From Candidatus Marinacidobacterales bacterium (GTDB lineage Bacteria; Acidobacteriota; Vicinamibacteria; Marinacidobacterales; DATDRI01): DNA of 64,000 nt. The translations under genes were made by a program, and so were the position numbers. Below, piece after piece: positions 10,087 through 19,916 of this stretch (positions are counted from its first letter, which is position 1; every line of letters begins with the position of its first letter). The stretch covers positions 267,579-331,578 of the forward strand of contig CBDCTW010000017.1 of NCBI GenBank assembly GCA_965222425.1, read 5' to 3'. Below the pieces are notes generated by a model that was not told the origin of the DNA, made no database searches, and worked only from the letters and a program-made list of their open reading frames with translations.

Positions 10087-10455
10087 TTACAGGATGATCT
10101 GCTCCCGGCGAAGGAACTCCGGGTCCAACGCGTCACGGCTGAGCGAGAGCAGCTTGTTCTCGAGACTGTCCACGACGAAGCGGTCCAGGCTGTTACGTTC
10201 GGTGTATCGGAGATCGAGGAAACGCGCCCCCAGCTGGTAACGGAACGTCATGTCGGAGCTCCCTTGATCGGCGAGCCAGACGACCTCGCTCTCGGCGGGT
10301 AGAATTCCCGCGCCCCTCGCAACGCTGGCGAGATGGATGGTCAGACCGTTGCCTTTTTCGAACGGTGTGTTGCAGAGTAGAAGCACACCTCCGCAACTTA
10401 GGTTTCCCACTTGTGCGCGATCGACGGTCCCGTTCTTGTTTACAACGACTTCCAT
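10087..10455 (-). CDS. small PilZ-like domain protein (putative)
   Basis: VGNLSCGGVLLL resembles the D/NxSxxG half of PilZ. No RxxxR half found. Confidence 0.3.
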   Translation of the reverse strand: MEVVVNKNGTVDRAQVGNLSCGGVLLLCNTPFEKGNGLTIHLASVARGAGILPAESEVVWLADQGSSDMTFRYQLGARFLDLRYTERNSLDRFVVDSLENKLLSLSRDALDPEFLRREQIIL

Positions 10456-10463
10456 ATCGGTGT

Positions 10464-10837
10464 TTACGCGAAGCCGATCCCGCTAGAAAGGGCGTGTGGC
10501 TTGCCTAGCCAACCTTCGGGAAGGGGAGGGCAGAATACCGGCACGAGTCGCGCGTCGCTGGCTCGGCGTTCGATCTCTGCCGCCGTGCCGTCGGTCGAGC
10601 CGTCATCCACCACGATGACCTCAAAGCTCGGATAGTCTTGCGCCAAAGCCGCATCCAGCGTCGGGCCGATGTCTCTCTCCTCGTTGCGCGCAGTATGACG
10701 ATGGAGACCATCGGCCAGCTCTGGCGTGGGCCGGGTGGGTCGGTGGGTCTTAGCTCGTGAAACACCAGCAGGTTAACGACCGTCTGCGCCAAGAGAAGGC
10801 CCCAGAAGACAAAAAGCGCGAGAGCGAAGTAGGTCAT
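10464..10837 (-). pseudogene. family-2 glycosyltransferase, N-terminal about 120 aa only; frameshifted and truncated
   Basis: MTYFALALFVFWGLLLAQTVV..SIVIL then frame switch to ARNEERDIGPTLDAALAQDYPSFEVIVVDDGSTDGT..GWLGKPHAL, then stop. Confidence 0.6.
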
Positions 10838-10859
10838 CTGGAAGCGAGACGGCGGTCCA

Positions 10860-11576
10860 TCATCGTCCCATCATCCGGAGCAAGTCTTCTAGACTTGACG
10901 CACGAAGCGCATAGTTCGTCTGGCGCTGTTCGCCGAGCGTTGAGGTGGGCCGTTCCGCGTAGTCGTGTCCGGGGTAGAGGAGCACGTCATCGGGAAGCTT
11001 TGCCAGGCGCTGGGTAAGGGTCCGGTACATCTCGGCGGGGTCGCCTCCCGGAAGGTCGACTCGACCGCATCCCTGAACGAAGAGCGTGTCGCCCGCGACC
11101 AATCGTCCGCGCACCAGGAAGCATTGGCTCCCCGGCGTATGTCCAGGAGTGTGTACGAACTCGATTTCGACTTCGCCGAGGCTCAGCCGATCGCCGCCGT
11201 CGTGGAGAGTCAAGTCGGTATCGGATAGCCCGGTCATCAAGCGGACGCCCTCGGCCTCCGGTTTCTGAACGTGCACCTTCATGCCCTTCAGCTCGAGGAG
11301 CCGTGCCAGTCCCTCGATATCGTGACCGAAGAGGTCACCGCCAATGTGGTCGGGATGGTAGTGGGTGGCGAGGGCGCCGACCAGTTCCATGCCGTCCTTT
11401 TCGGCGGCGTCGACCAGATCCTTGACGTCCCAAGCCGGATCCACGACGATCGTCTTCCGCGTCGAGCGATCCCCGATCAGATAGCAGAAGTTGGCCATCT
11501 GCTCGGCAATCAGATTGTTGCGGGCGAAGTCCCGCCCGGCAAGGAGTTGACGAAAATAGAGGTTGTCGTTGCTCAT
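10860..11576 (-). CDS. MBL-fold metallo-hydrolase (glyoxalase II-like)
   Basis: THYHPDHIGG and HTPGHTPG motifs; 238 aa. Confidence 0.8.
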   Translation of the reverse strand: MSNDNLYFRQLLAGRDFARNNLIAEQMANFCYLIGDRSTRKTIVVDPAWDVKDLVDAAEKDGMELVGALATHYHPDHIGGDLFGHDIEGLARLLELKGMKVHVQKPEAEGVRLMTGLSDTDLTLHDGGDRLSLGEVEIEFVHTPGHTPGSQCFLVRGRLVAGDTLFVQGCGRVDLPGGDPAEMYRTLTQRLAKLPDDVLLYPGHDYAERPTSTLGEQRQTNYALRASSLEDLLRMMGR

Positions 11577-11714
11577 CGGCGATACGCGAGAAACATGTTA
11601 GCCCATAAAAACGACTGCAGGAAAGTGGTTTCAGTGGCTGACACCGTCATGGCGCCGAGGTATCTTCGGCCGCTCAAATTCAGTCCGAAATCTTTGTCCG
11701 GAGAGGGATCGATC

Positions 11715-12325
11715 ATGAAAACATTTACTTTTGCTTTTTGTCTCGTCTTGGTCGTGCCGGTCGGGGGCGTCGGGCCGGTGCTGGGGCGCAGGAAATGAGC
11801 GCCGAAGATAAGGCCATGATGGAAGCGATGGAGAAGGCAGCCACGCCCGGTGATCCGCACAAGAAACTCGAGGCCTTAGCCGGCACGTGGGATGCCCAGA
11901 GTAAGTTTTGGATGGACCCTTCCGCGCCGCCACAAGAGTCCAAGGGGGCGAGCACGAACAAGATGCTCTACAACGGGCGTTACCTATACCAAAAGTACCA
12001 GGGACAGATGATGGGGCAGACGTTCCGGGGAATGGGTGTTTGGGGATACGACAACGTAAAAAAGAAATTCGTCTCCAGCTGGCTCGATAACTCCAGCACC
12101 GGGATCTCTTATAGCGAAGGCGAGTGGGATGCCGACAAGAACACCATCGTGTTTCACTCTGAGCGGATCGACCCGGTGACCAGCAAACCCGTCAAGGAAA
12201 AGATGGTCATCGGCATCGTAAGCGAGGATAAGCACGTCTTCGAGGTGTTTATGATAGACGAGGGCGGAAACGAACAGAAGAGTATGGAGATCGTCTACAC
12301 CAAGAAGAAGTCGGAGACCGATTAG
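11715..12325 (+). CDS. DUF1579-family secreted protein; signal peptide out of frame with body (1-nt indel in a G-run about 11781-11790)
   Basis: ATG 11715 MKTFTFAFCLVLVVPVGGVGPVLG then stop. Body in the TTG-11738 frame: ..LEALAGTWDAQSKFWMDP... Confidence 0.5.
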
Positions 12326-12341
12326 GCGTTGGCGGTTCGAA

Positions 12342-12580
12342 TCAGCTGCCAATGCTGAGGAAATGACGCTCCATTCGAAAGTACCAATGGCCGTCCACCA
12401 AAGCGGGCGAAGCCAGCGTTCGCTGCTTGAGCCGGTTGACGTGTAGCAATTCGAACTCCGGTCCAGCTTTCAAAACAAAAGTATCACCCAGGTCGTTGGT
12501 GAAGAAGACCTTGCCTTGAACTCCGATCGGGGATGCGGAAAATCCCTCACGTTGCGCCTCGCCGAGCCGTCCCTGCCACA
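12342..12580 (-). pseudogene. 3' end of a PQQ-like beta-propeller gene interrupted by IS copy 3
   Basis: GRLGEAQREGFSASPIGVQGKVFFTNDLGDTFVLKAGPEFELLHVNRLKQ..DGHWYF aligns with the C-terminus of the intact paralog at 21844-23229. Confidence 0.7.
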
Positions 12581-14040
12581 GGGGATGTCCCGGCCGCTGT
12601 TGAATTTGGTCGGGTAGCGGCGGCACCTGTGAATACTCTTAGGCAGCAAACTCATCGCTGTCAAGAGATTTCTGTTTGCTTCTAAGCGCGTGAACGAGAG
12701 CGCCCATATGGCGATAGCCTTTGATACGCCGGAACTTTTTTTGCGCGGTGACGACGCCAAGAGCGGTCCATCGGCGAACCATGGAAGGACTCTTCCAACG
12801 CTTGACGTTTCTCGATACTCTGCGAATGGTTCCGTTGAGATTTTCAATGGCGTTCGTCGTGGCAAGAGACTGGCGAAGTAAGGCGGGCGGCGCGAGCTTC
12901 CCGACCGTGAGTGTTTCTTCCATCCCTTCACGAAGGCTTCCGGCAGCTTCGTCGTAGCCGTTTCGCTCGAGCCACGACACCAATGCCTGAAGTCGCTTGC
13001 GCGCCTTGTCGGCACTCTTGCACTTGTAGGCTTCCTTCATCGTCTGGAGCACGTAGGCGTGACGAGACTTGGGAAGGTACGAGCGAAGATTTCGGAGTTT
13101 ATGGATCTGGCACCTTTGGATGACCGCGAGGTCCCCCAAAACGTCGACGAGTGCCTTGCGGATGCCTTTGCCTCCGTCCACTACGCAGAGAATCGACTCA
13201 TCGACGCGCAAGCCTCGCTCGAGAAGGTCCTGCAACATCGCGGTGCACACTCGAAAGTTTTCCGTCGAGCCCAGCCATATACCCAGGGGCACCTTCGTTC
13301 CATCTATTGTGATACCTAGAGTTACGACGACGGTCTGTCCGGCCACCTCAAGGCCATCCAGCATCAGTGCCGCAAGCTCGAACTCCTCTAGCCGCCGAGA
13401 CAGGTATTCCTCGAGCTTCTTAGTCGTCTGGCTCACGAGGTAACGGCTGGCGGCACTCTTACTCGTGCCACGAGACTTCAACTTGGCCGCGGGTTTGTCC
13501 AGACTCGATTCGTAATTTCGGGTCGATACCCCCACCAAGATCTGATTCAACACTCGCTCTGGAAGCGGGTCTTCTTCGCGGAAGGCTTCGAAGTGTGGAA
13601 GCGACGCCTCCGCGCCCGACTTCGAGCGAACTCGAGGTCGCGACACTTGGATGCGACGACCACCGAAGCTCAGCTCTCCGTTCGTGCTCCCCCAGTGGTT
13701 ATGAGTTCGCTCCTTCTCGTGCTTGCCCTTGAGCCCCGCGATCTCCTCGGCGTCCTCTCTGAGCAGTAGGTGCAGAGCTGTCAGTCCTTGCTCGTACACC
13801 CATTCCGTCAGATCCGCCTTCGTGGCCGCGATCCCAGCTATCATCGGTAGCAGTATCTGACCGACTTGGCCAACTACCTTGCCCGTAGGCGAGTGCGTTT
13901 GCTTTCTTACTGGCTTCTTTGATTTCCTAGGCATTGGTGGCTCCTTGTCCCCCTCTGGAGACGGTTTATTGGCAGACCTATTCTTAGGCCGGCCAAGGAG
14001 CCGCAGCTACCCCAAATTCAACATCCGGCGGGACATCCCC
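12581..14040 (-). mobile_element. IS256-family insertion sequence, copy 3, with perfect 8-bp TSD CTGCCACA (12573-12580 and 14041-14048)
   Basis: Ends identical to copies 1 and 2. The direct repeat CTGCCACA immediately flanks both ends. Confidence 0.95.
12639..13934 (-). CDS. IS256-family transposase, intact (431 aa)
   Basis: Full-length. A few unique substitutions (SRYLVSQ, STENFRV, LTVGKLAPP). Confidence 0.9.
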   Translation of the reverse strand: MPRKSKKPVRKQTHSPTGKVVGQVGQILLPMIAGIAATKADLTEWVYEQGLTALHLLLREDAEEIAGLKGKHEKERTHNHWGSTNGELSFGGRRIQVSRPRVRSKSGAEASLPHFEAFREEDPLPERVLNQILVGVSTRNYESSLDKPAAKLKSRGTSKSAASRYLVSQTTKKLEEYLSRRLEEFELAALMLDGLEVAGQTVVVTLGITIDGTKVPLGIWLGSTENFRVCTAMLQDLLERGLRVDESILCVVDGGKGIRKALVDVLGDLAVIQRCQIHKLRNLRSYLPKSRHAYVLQTMKEAYKCKSADKARKRLQALVSWLERNGYDEAAGSLREGMEETLTVGKLAPPALLRQSLATTNAIENLNGTIRRVSRNVKRWKSPSMVRRWTALGVVTAQKKFRRIKGYRHMGALVHALRSKQKSLDSDEFAA

Positions 14041-15636
14041 CTGCCACATAACCCCACCGCTTTTCGCGTCGTAGCAGGTCGCGACGCTTTGTATATCGTT
14101 CACCATGTAGAGGTAGTCGCCGCACAGGAGTGGTGAGGGGACGAAAGGAGAGCCCTTGGGGCTCTTCCACACCACGTGAGTGTCGGTCACGTTGCCGCTG
14201 CCGCCGGGTCGAATGGCGAGTGTCGGGCCGGCACGTCCTGAAGAGCAATACACGAGACCGTGGCCGACCACCGGGGTGGGGATGACTTCGTACAGGTTGC
14301 CACCACAGGTCCAGAGCTCTTTGCCGGTGTCGGGATTGTACGCATAGACACGCTTCTGACTGCTCACGATGAGCTCGTCACGATCACCGGTAGCGATCAC
14401 AATGGGCGTTCCCCAACCAACTGTTTTGTCGCGGTGGGTCGACCATTTCACTTTGCCAGTGCTCTTGTCGAATGCGGCCACGAAAGAAGTACCACCCTCG
14501 TGGTCTTGGTAGAGAATGACGCTGTTCTTATAGAGCAGGGGAGAGCCCGCGGCGCCGTGGAAGGCCGGTATCGCGGCGAAGGGCCGATGCCATGCCATCT
14601 TGCCGCTTAGGTCCACCGCCACAAGGCCATGATTTCCTAGATACGCGTAGACGCGCACACCGTCGGTTGTCGGTGTTCCCGAGGCGTGTCCATTTCTCCG
14701 GTGCGGACTCTCCGGCGTGGCCTTGGGTGCAAAGACTTCCCACAACAGCTCCCCGTCGGAGCGGCGGAAACAGAGGACGGAGATCCGTTTGCCGCCATCG
14801 TAAGCGGTGGTCAAGAAGATCTTCCAGTGCTCTACGACTCGAAAGTTAGCGTTCAAGTCGAGCGAGGTGTAGGACTCGACGTCGCCCTGAAAGACCCCGA
14901 CCGACCACCGAAAATCGTCCACCCACCGCACCGCGAAGTCGGCGTCCCACCGATCGGTGATGTAACCGAGCCCGGCCCGGAACGTGTTCTCAAGTGTGTT
15001 CGGAGCAAGTAGTGGCTCGAAACCCGGAGGAATGTCTGCCTGAGGCTGAAAGTCGAACCATGAGTACGAGAACGGATGAGGGTGGCCACCCGCCGGTTTG
15101 AGCGAGCTGTTGAAACCACGAGTGTTCACGTTGTAATCGTAGAGTCCGCTCTGCGTGACGTTGACGCCGGGCGTGAACTCCACGAGCTTGGGAATCTGAC
15201 CGTATGCGGCTTTGCGAGCGATCTGTTCTTTGGAGATGACGGTTATCGCGGCCGGGGCCTCGACGATGCGCTCCGTATGCAAGGAAGCTGAGGTCACGGT
15301 CATGGTCTCGACAAAACCCATCTCCCAGTCGACCGTTTTTTCAACGGTTGCCGTCATGCCAACCGTGACCTCGATGCCCGACTCCGAGTCGGAGTTTTCT
15401 CCTAAGATGAACGTGATCGAGTACGTTCCCACCGGCACGTTGTCGAAGGCGAAGGACCCTCCCTGGTCCGTGATGTCGGCCATCGAGATCTCATTGATGA
15501 CCACGGTGACGCTTCCGACGCCCGTTCCATCCTCACGAGCGACGCGACCGGCGATGCGACCGGTTTCTTGCGCAAACGTCGTCATTGCGAAAAGTGGAAT
15601 GAAGACAAGTACGAAGAGAAAAGGCCGCTTTGTCAT
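14041..15636 (-). pseudogene. chimeric ORF: TonB-dependent receptor N-terminus (signal, CarboxypepD_reg-like domain, plug, last barrel strands) fused in frame to a PQQ-like beta-propeller lacking its first blade; 3' end cut by IS copy 3
   Basis: GRIAGRVAREDGTGVGSVTVVINE.. (CarboxypepD_reg), ..TVTSASLHTERIVEAPAAITVISKEQI..NTRGFNSS (plug), ..YTSLDLNANFRVVEHWKIFLTT (TBDR C-terminal strands), then RISVLCFRRSDGELLWE.. (propeller, aligns from about residue 130 of the paralog). Ends ..YDAKSGGVMWQ at the TSD. Confidence 0.55.
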
Positions 15637-15692
15637 GGGTTCCTCCTTCGTAGCAGGCTGGGTGGCTTATGGCACGCTGCCGACCGACTCGT

Positions 15693-16040
15693 CTAGTTCG
15701 TGGCCGGTCGTTTTCTGGGTGACCAACGGTATCGAGAAAGGTCAAGGGTGTTGTCTCGGCGGAAGCGCACGCCTTCTGCTTCTAGTAGAGCGCGTTGAAG
15801 GCCCGGCGGATTATCCGGTAGGTGATCGGTGGAGCAACCGCCCGACGCGTTCACGACACGATGCCACGGCAGGCCGTCGGGACATTGTCGCATCGCCCAG
15901 CCGACCGCCCGCGCGGAGAGCGGCCGCTTGAGAAGTTGAGCGATCTGGCCGTAGTTCATCACTCTTCCCCGGGGGATGCGTCGAACGATTCGATACACCT
16001 CATTCCAGGCACTTTGCTTACGTGCGGCTTGGGGCATCTC
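15693..16040 (-). CDS. alkyltransferase-like protein (ATL/YbaZ type; MGMT DNA-binding domain with Trp replacing the active-site Cys)
   Basis: VYRIVRRIPRGRVMNYGQIA..LPWHRVVNASG: PWHRV in place of PCHRV. Likely start MREMPQ.. near 16040. Confidence 0.55.
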   Translation of the reverse strand, partial: EMPQAARKQSAWNEVYRIVRRIPRGRVMNYGQIAQLLKRPLSARAVGWAMRQCPDGLPWHRVVNASGGCSTDHLPDNPPGLQRALLEAEGVRFRRDNTLDLSRYRWSPRKRPATN

Positions 16041-16084
16041 GCGCATAGAAGGGAAACGATTTCGGCCATTCTTGTCAAGCGGCT

Positions 16085-19000
16085 GTGTGGCCGTCGAAAC
16101 AAGTAATTGCTGCTGATCAACCTCGCCAGACGGCAGTTCTCTTGCATGGGGCCCGGCTGTATAATTGGCGCCGTCGCGCTCCGACAGTATTCGGGTCGTC
16201 GTCATCCGCTCGGGAGGCGCTCGTGGTTGGCAAAACGCTCGGCCGCTACAAGATCCTGGAAAAGCTCGGCAGCGGAGGGATGGGAGAAGTCTTCGTTGCC
16301 CAAGACACCAAGCTCGCTTGCAAAGTAGCCCTCAAAATACTCCCCCCGGACGTCGCCGATTCACCCGCTCGCCGCGAGCGTTTCGAGCGTGAAGCACGAG
16401 CCGTAGCGGCTCTCTCTCATCCCAATGTCCTTGCCATTCATGATTTTGGTGAGGATCAAGGCGTCATCTTCGCGGTGACGGAGCTCTTGGAAGGTAAGAC
16501 GCTGCGTGAGCGACTCGCCGAGGGCACGATGTCACCGGTCGAAGCGGTCGGGTATGCACGGCAAATCGCGGATGGGCTGGCTGCGGCTCACGCGCGCGGC
16601 ATCGTGCATCGTGACCTGAAGCCAGAAAGTCTCTTCATCACCAAGAACGGCAAGATAAAGGTTCTCGACTTCGGGCTCGCCAAACAAGCCGGAGAAGGAG
16701 GAGGGGAAGAAGCGGCGACGAAGACTCGCGCCACCGAGCCGGGGACGATCATGGGCACCGTGGGGTACATGTCTCCGGAGCAAGTGCGAGGCCAATCGGC
16801 CGACCAGCGATCCGATGTGTTCTCCTTCGGCGCGATCCTCTATGAGATGCTGACCGGCGAAAGGGCCTTCGATGGTGAGTCCGCCGGCGTCGTCATGTCT
16901 GCGATCCTCAAGGAGGATCCGTCCCCGCTCTTGAAGAAGAAGCCCAACCTCCCCTCGAGCCTCGAACAGATTGTCGATTGGTGCCTGAAGAAGAATCCCG
17001 ACGAACGCCTTCAGACCGCGGTCGACGTCGGTAACGCGATCGACGCGCTGTCGGAGGAAACAACGACCGAGCACCCCGCGGTCAAGGACGATGAGCCTCC
17101 GAAGAAGAAAGGGCGCTGGAAGATCTTCTTGGCGTTCTTGATTGTTTTCGTCCCGGCGGTGGGAGCGATTTGGTTTCTCCAGGCCACGAGCAAGTTGCGA
17201 TGGGCAAGAGAGCAGATACCACGAATCATGGAGCTTGCCGAGCAAGACAGGTTGTTCCCCGCCTTTAAACTTGCCCGGCAAGCAGAAGAGCACTTACCTG
17301 AAGATCTATCCCTCGCAAGATTCTTCCAGGATTTCACGCGTGCCATTTCCGTCGAGACCACTCCTCCCGACGCAGATGTGTACATCGGAGAGTATCGGAC
17401 TCCCGAGAGCGATTGGATGTACGTTGGCAAGACCCCAATCGATCGAGTCAGAGTGCCGCGAGGTGTCTTGGAATACAAGTTGCTCAAAGAAGGATTTGCT
17501 ACGGCGCGTGGTGCCGTGCACCACTGGTTTGGAAACAAACTAAGCGTTTCCTTGGACGAGAAATCGACTCTTCCTGCTGGAATGGTTCGAGCCGGGGGTG
17601 ACGGTGAGCTTTTAATTAATGGTCTAGAGCACCTCGATCCCGGCCCACTGGATGACTATTTCATCGACAAGTACGAGGTCACAAACAGAGAGTTCAAGAA
17701 ATTTGTCGATGCCGGCGGATACAAGAAGCGTGAATATTGGAAGCACGAATTCACCAAGGATGGGGCCGGGTTGTCATGGGACAAAGCGATGGCCCAGTTC
17801 GTGGACGCAACCGGACGGCCTGGGCCGGCCACCTGGGAGGCTGGGGACTACCCAGAGGGTGAGGATGATTATCCGGTGGGCGGTGTGAGCTGGTACGAGG
17901 CCGTGGCCTATGCGGAGTACGCCGGAAAGAGTCTGCCAACCATCTTTCATTGGAACAAGGCCGCGTCGACATGGGTGAGCGGAAAGCTCGTTCCCCTTAG
18001 CAATTTCGGCTCCGGACCCACCGCGGCTGGCAGTCATCAGGGAATGAGTGCTTACGGCACGTACGATATGGCAGGGAACGTTCGGGAATGGTGCCTGAAT
18101 GAAGATAATCGAGGCGGGAGATTCATACTAGGGGGTGGCTGGAACGACGCCTTTTATGCTTTTACCGATGCGTACGCCCAGGATCCAATGGATCGCTCTC
18201 CCGTGAATGGATTTCGGTGCGTGAAGACCATTGGCGCTCCACAAGATCTACCGACCCTTTCGGCGCGTGTAGAAGTTCCCTATCGTGACTACCGCCAGGA
18301 AAAGCCGGTTTCCGATGAGATCTTCACCGTCTACAAGCGTCTCTACGCCTACGATAGCACGGACCTCAATGCTGAGATCGAATTCGAGGACGAGAGCGCC
18401 GAAGATTGGGTGAAGCAGAAGGTAGTGTTCGATGCAGCGTACGGTGGTGAGCGGATGTTTGCCTATCTCTTCCTTCCGAAGACTGCACCCTCGCCCTATC
18501 AGGTAGTCGTCTTCTTTCCAGGCTCGGGAGCTATTCACAGCAGATCTAGCAAAGATCTTACCCTAGGTCGGTGGCAGAACTTCATTATCAAGAGCGGCCG
18601 GGCGGTAATGTGGCCGATTTACAAGAGCACGTTTGAGCGAGGGGACGGTTTAGATTTCGATTATCCAGACGAAAGTAATTTGTTCAAAGATCACGTGATC
18701 ATGTGGGCGAAGGACCTGGGTCGATCGATTGACTATCTCGAAACCCGTGACGATATCGATGCCGACAAACTAGCTTTTTTCGGGGATAGTTGGGGGGGCT
18801 ACTTAGGGGCAGTCATGCTTGCCGTGGAAGAACGCTTCGATGCCGGTGTGCTATTCGTAGGGGGATTCGTCTTTCAGAGGGCCCAGCCCGAGGTCGACCA
18901 AATAAACTTCGTTCCGCGCATTACCCTGCCAGTGTTAATGCTTAACGGACGTTATGACTTTTTCTTTCCCGTGGAGACCGCTCAGAAGCCATTCTTCGAC

Positions 19001-19126
19001 CTACTCGGTACCCCACCTGAGCACAAGCGGCTCTACATCTCTGAAGGGGGACACGATGTGCCCCGCACCGAGCTCATCAAAGAAACCCTCAACTGGCTCG
19101 ACCGCTACTTGGGCCCGGTGAGCTAG
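16085..19126 (+). CDS. multidomain Ser/Thr protein kinase: kinase domain, TM segment, FGE/SUMF1-like domain, C-terminal alpha/beta-hydrolase
   Basis: GSGGMGEVF..HRDLKPESL..DFGLAK..GTVGYMSPEQ (kinase). Hydrophobic IFLAFLIVFVPAVGAIWFL. GNVREWC (FGE-sulfatase fold). FFGDSWGGYLG (GxSxG), peptidase S9/DLH-like. True start probably downstream of 16085. Confidence 0.8.
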   Translation: MWPSKQVIAADQPRQTAVLLHGARLYNWRRRAPTVFGSSSSAREALVVGKTLGRYKILEKLGSGGMGEVFVAQDTKLACKVALKILPPDVADSPARRERFEREARAVAALSHPNVLAIHDFGEDQGVIFAVTELLEGKTLRERLAEGTMSPVEAVGYARQIADGLAAAHARGIVHRDLKPESLFITKNGKIKVLDFGLAKQAGEGGGEEAATKTRATEPGTIMGTVGYMSPEQVRGQSADQRSDVFSFGAILYEMLTGERAFDGESAGVVMSAILKEDPSPLLKKKPNLPSSLEQIVDWCLKKNPDERLQTAVDVGNAIDALSEETTTEHPAVKDDEPPKKKGRWKIFLAFLIVFVPAVGAIWFLQATSKLRWAREQIPRIMELAEQDRLFPAFKLARQAEEHLPEDLSLARFFQDFTRAISVETTPPDADVYIGEYRTPESDWMYVGKTPIDRVRVPRGVLEYKLLKEGFATARGAVHHWFGNKLSVSLDEKSTLPAGMVRAGGDGELLINGLEHLDPGPLDDYFIDKYEVTNREFKKFVDAGGYKKREYWKHEFTKDGAGLSWDKAMAQFVDATGRPGPATWEAGDYPEGEDDYPVGGVSWYEAVAYAEYAGKSLPTIFHWNKAASTWVSGKLVPLSNFGSGPTAAGSHQGMSAYGTYDMAGNVREWCLNEDNRGGRFILGGGWNDAFYAFTDAYAQDPMDRSPVNGFRCVKTIGAPQDLPTLSARVEVPYRDYRQEKPVSDEIFTVYKRLYAYDSTDLNAEIEFEDESAEDWVKQKVVFDAAYGGERMFAYLFLPKTAPSPYQVVVFFPGSGAIHSRSSKDLTLGRWQNFIIKSGRAVMWPIYKSTFERGDGLDFDYPDESNLFKDHVIMWAKDLGRSIDYLETRDDIDADKLAFFGDSWGGYLGAVMLAVEERFDAGVLFVGGFVFQRAQPEVDQINFVPRITLPVLMLNGRYDFFFPVETAQKPFFDLLGTPPEHKRLYISEGGHDVPRTELIKETLNWLDRYLGPVS

Positions 19127-19221
19127 GTGACGAGACAGAGGGAAAAAAGATCGAAAAAAGACTTGACAGGTTTCGCGCAACAATTTAGGGAAGCGATGGA
19201 CCATTAACGTAAATACCTTCG

Positions 19222-19892
19222 GGGTCTACGCGGATTCGTGTGGGTTGAAGACGGCATTTCTGGGTAATAGCGGAAGGAATGCCGCCACGATCTTCAGCTT
19301 GAGATATTCCTCGTCGCGATAGCCGTAGGCGCGTCGTTGCAGCACACGGATTTTGTTGTTGACCCCTTCAACTAGGAGGCGCAGACGTTCCATCTCGGCC
19401 ACCGCCTTGTCCGGCATATCCCGGCACAGCTTGCCCACATGCGTCGCAAAACGCTAGGTGTAGCGCGAGTTGTTCGCCAGCCAGTCCAGGTGTTCTACAT
19501 GCAAACCGCCGCACCCAGGACAGTTGACGCGCCAACGCTCGTATTCCAGAGAGATCCGCCAGCCTGCCAACGACAGGTCGCGGACCCGGCACATTTGCTT
19601 GTCATAGCGCCCCCGGCACCGTTGCCCACAGTAAGAGCAAACAGCTGTTTTTTTCGCCTCTTGAGCTGGATGACGCGGGCGTATCGGTCATCGAATACAC
19701 CCTTCAATCCGGCACCAGCCACGAAACCTGGCAGCGCAAACAGCGAGCGGATCGACTGGGAATTTTTCACTCGGTTAGCCTATCCGAAAAATGGACCACT
19801 TTTCAGCACCTGATGAAGTCTGGATATTTTTTCCACACAATGAGTTACACTGTTTTCCGTCAGGACTTACCCACACGAATCCGCGTAGACCC
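19222..19892. mobile_element. ISL3-derived non-autonomous element (MITE-like, 671 bp) with 24-bp perfect TIRs and 8-bp TSD TACCTTCG
   Basis: GGGTCTACGCGGATTCGTGTGGGT at 19222-19245; its reverse complement at 19869-19892. TACCTTCG at 19214-19221 and 19893-19900. Minus-strand content: zf-ISL3 remnant (..CSYCGQRCRGRYDKQMCRVRDL..CPGCGGLHVEH..) joined to the ISL3 transposase C-terminal tail (LVEGVNNKIRVLQRRAYGYRDEEYLKLKI). The DDE core is deleted. Confidence 0.75.
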
Positions 19893-19916
19893 TACCTTCG
19901 TAAAGCGCATAGACGC

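Noticed and set aside
12330-12360. tRNA-like T-loop sequence GGCGGTTCGAATCAGCTGCC
   Set aside because: Flanking bases cannot form a T-arm (CAGCT is not complementary to GGCGG) and no acceptor/anticodon arms are evident.
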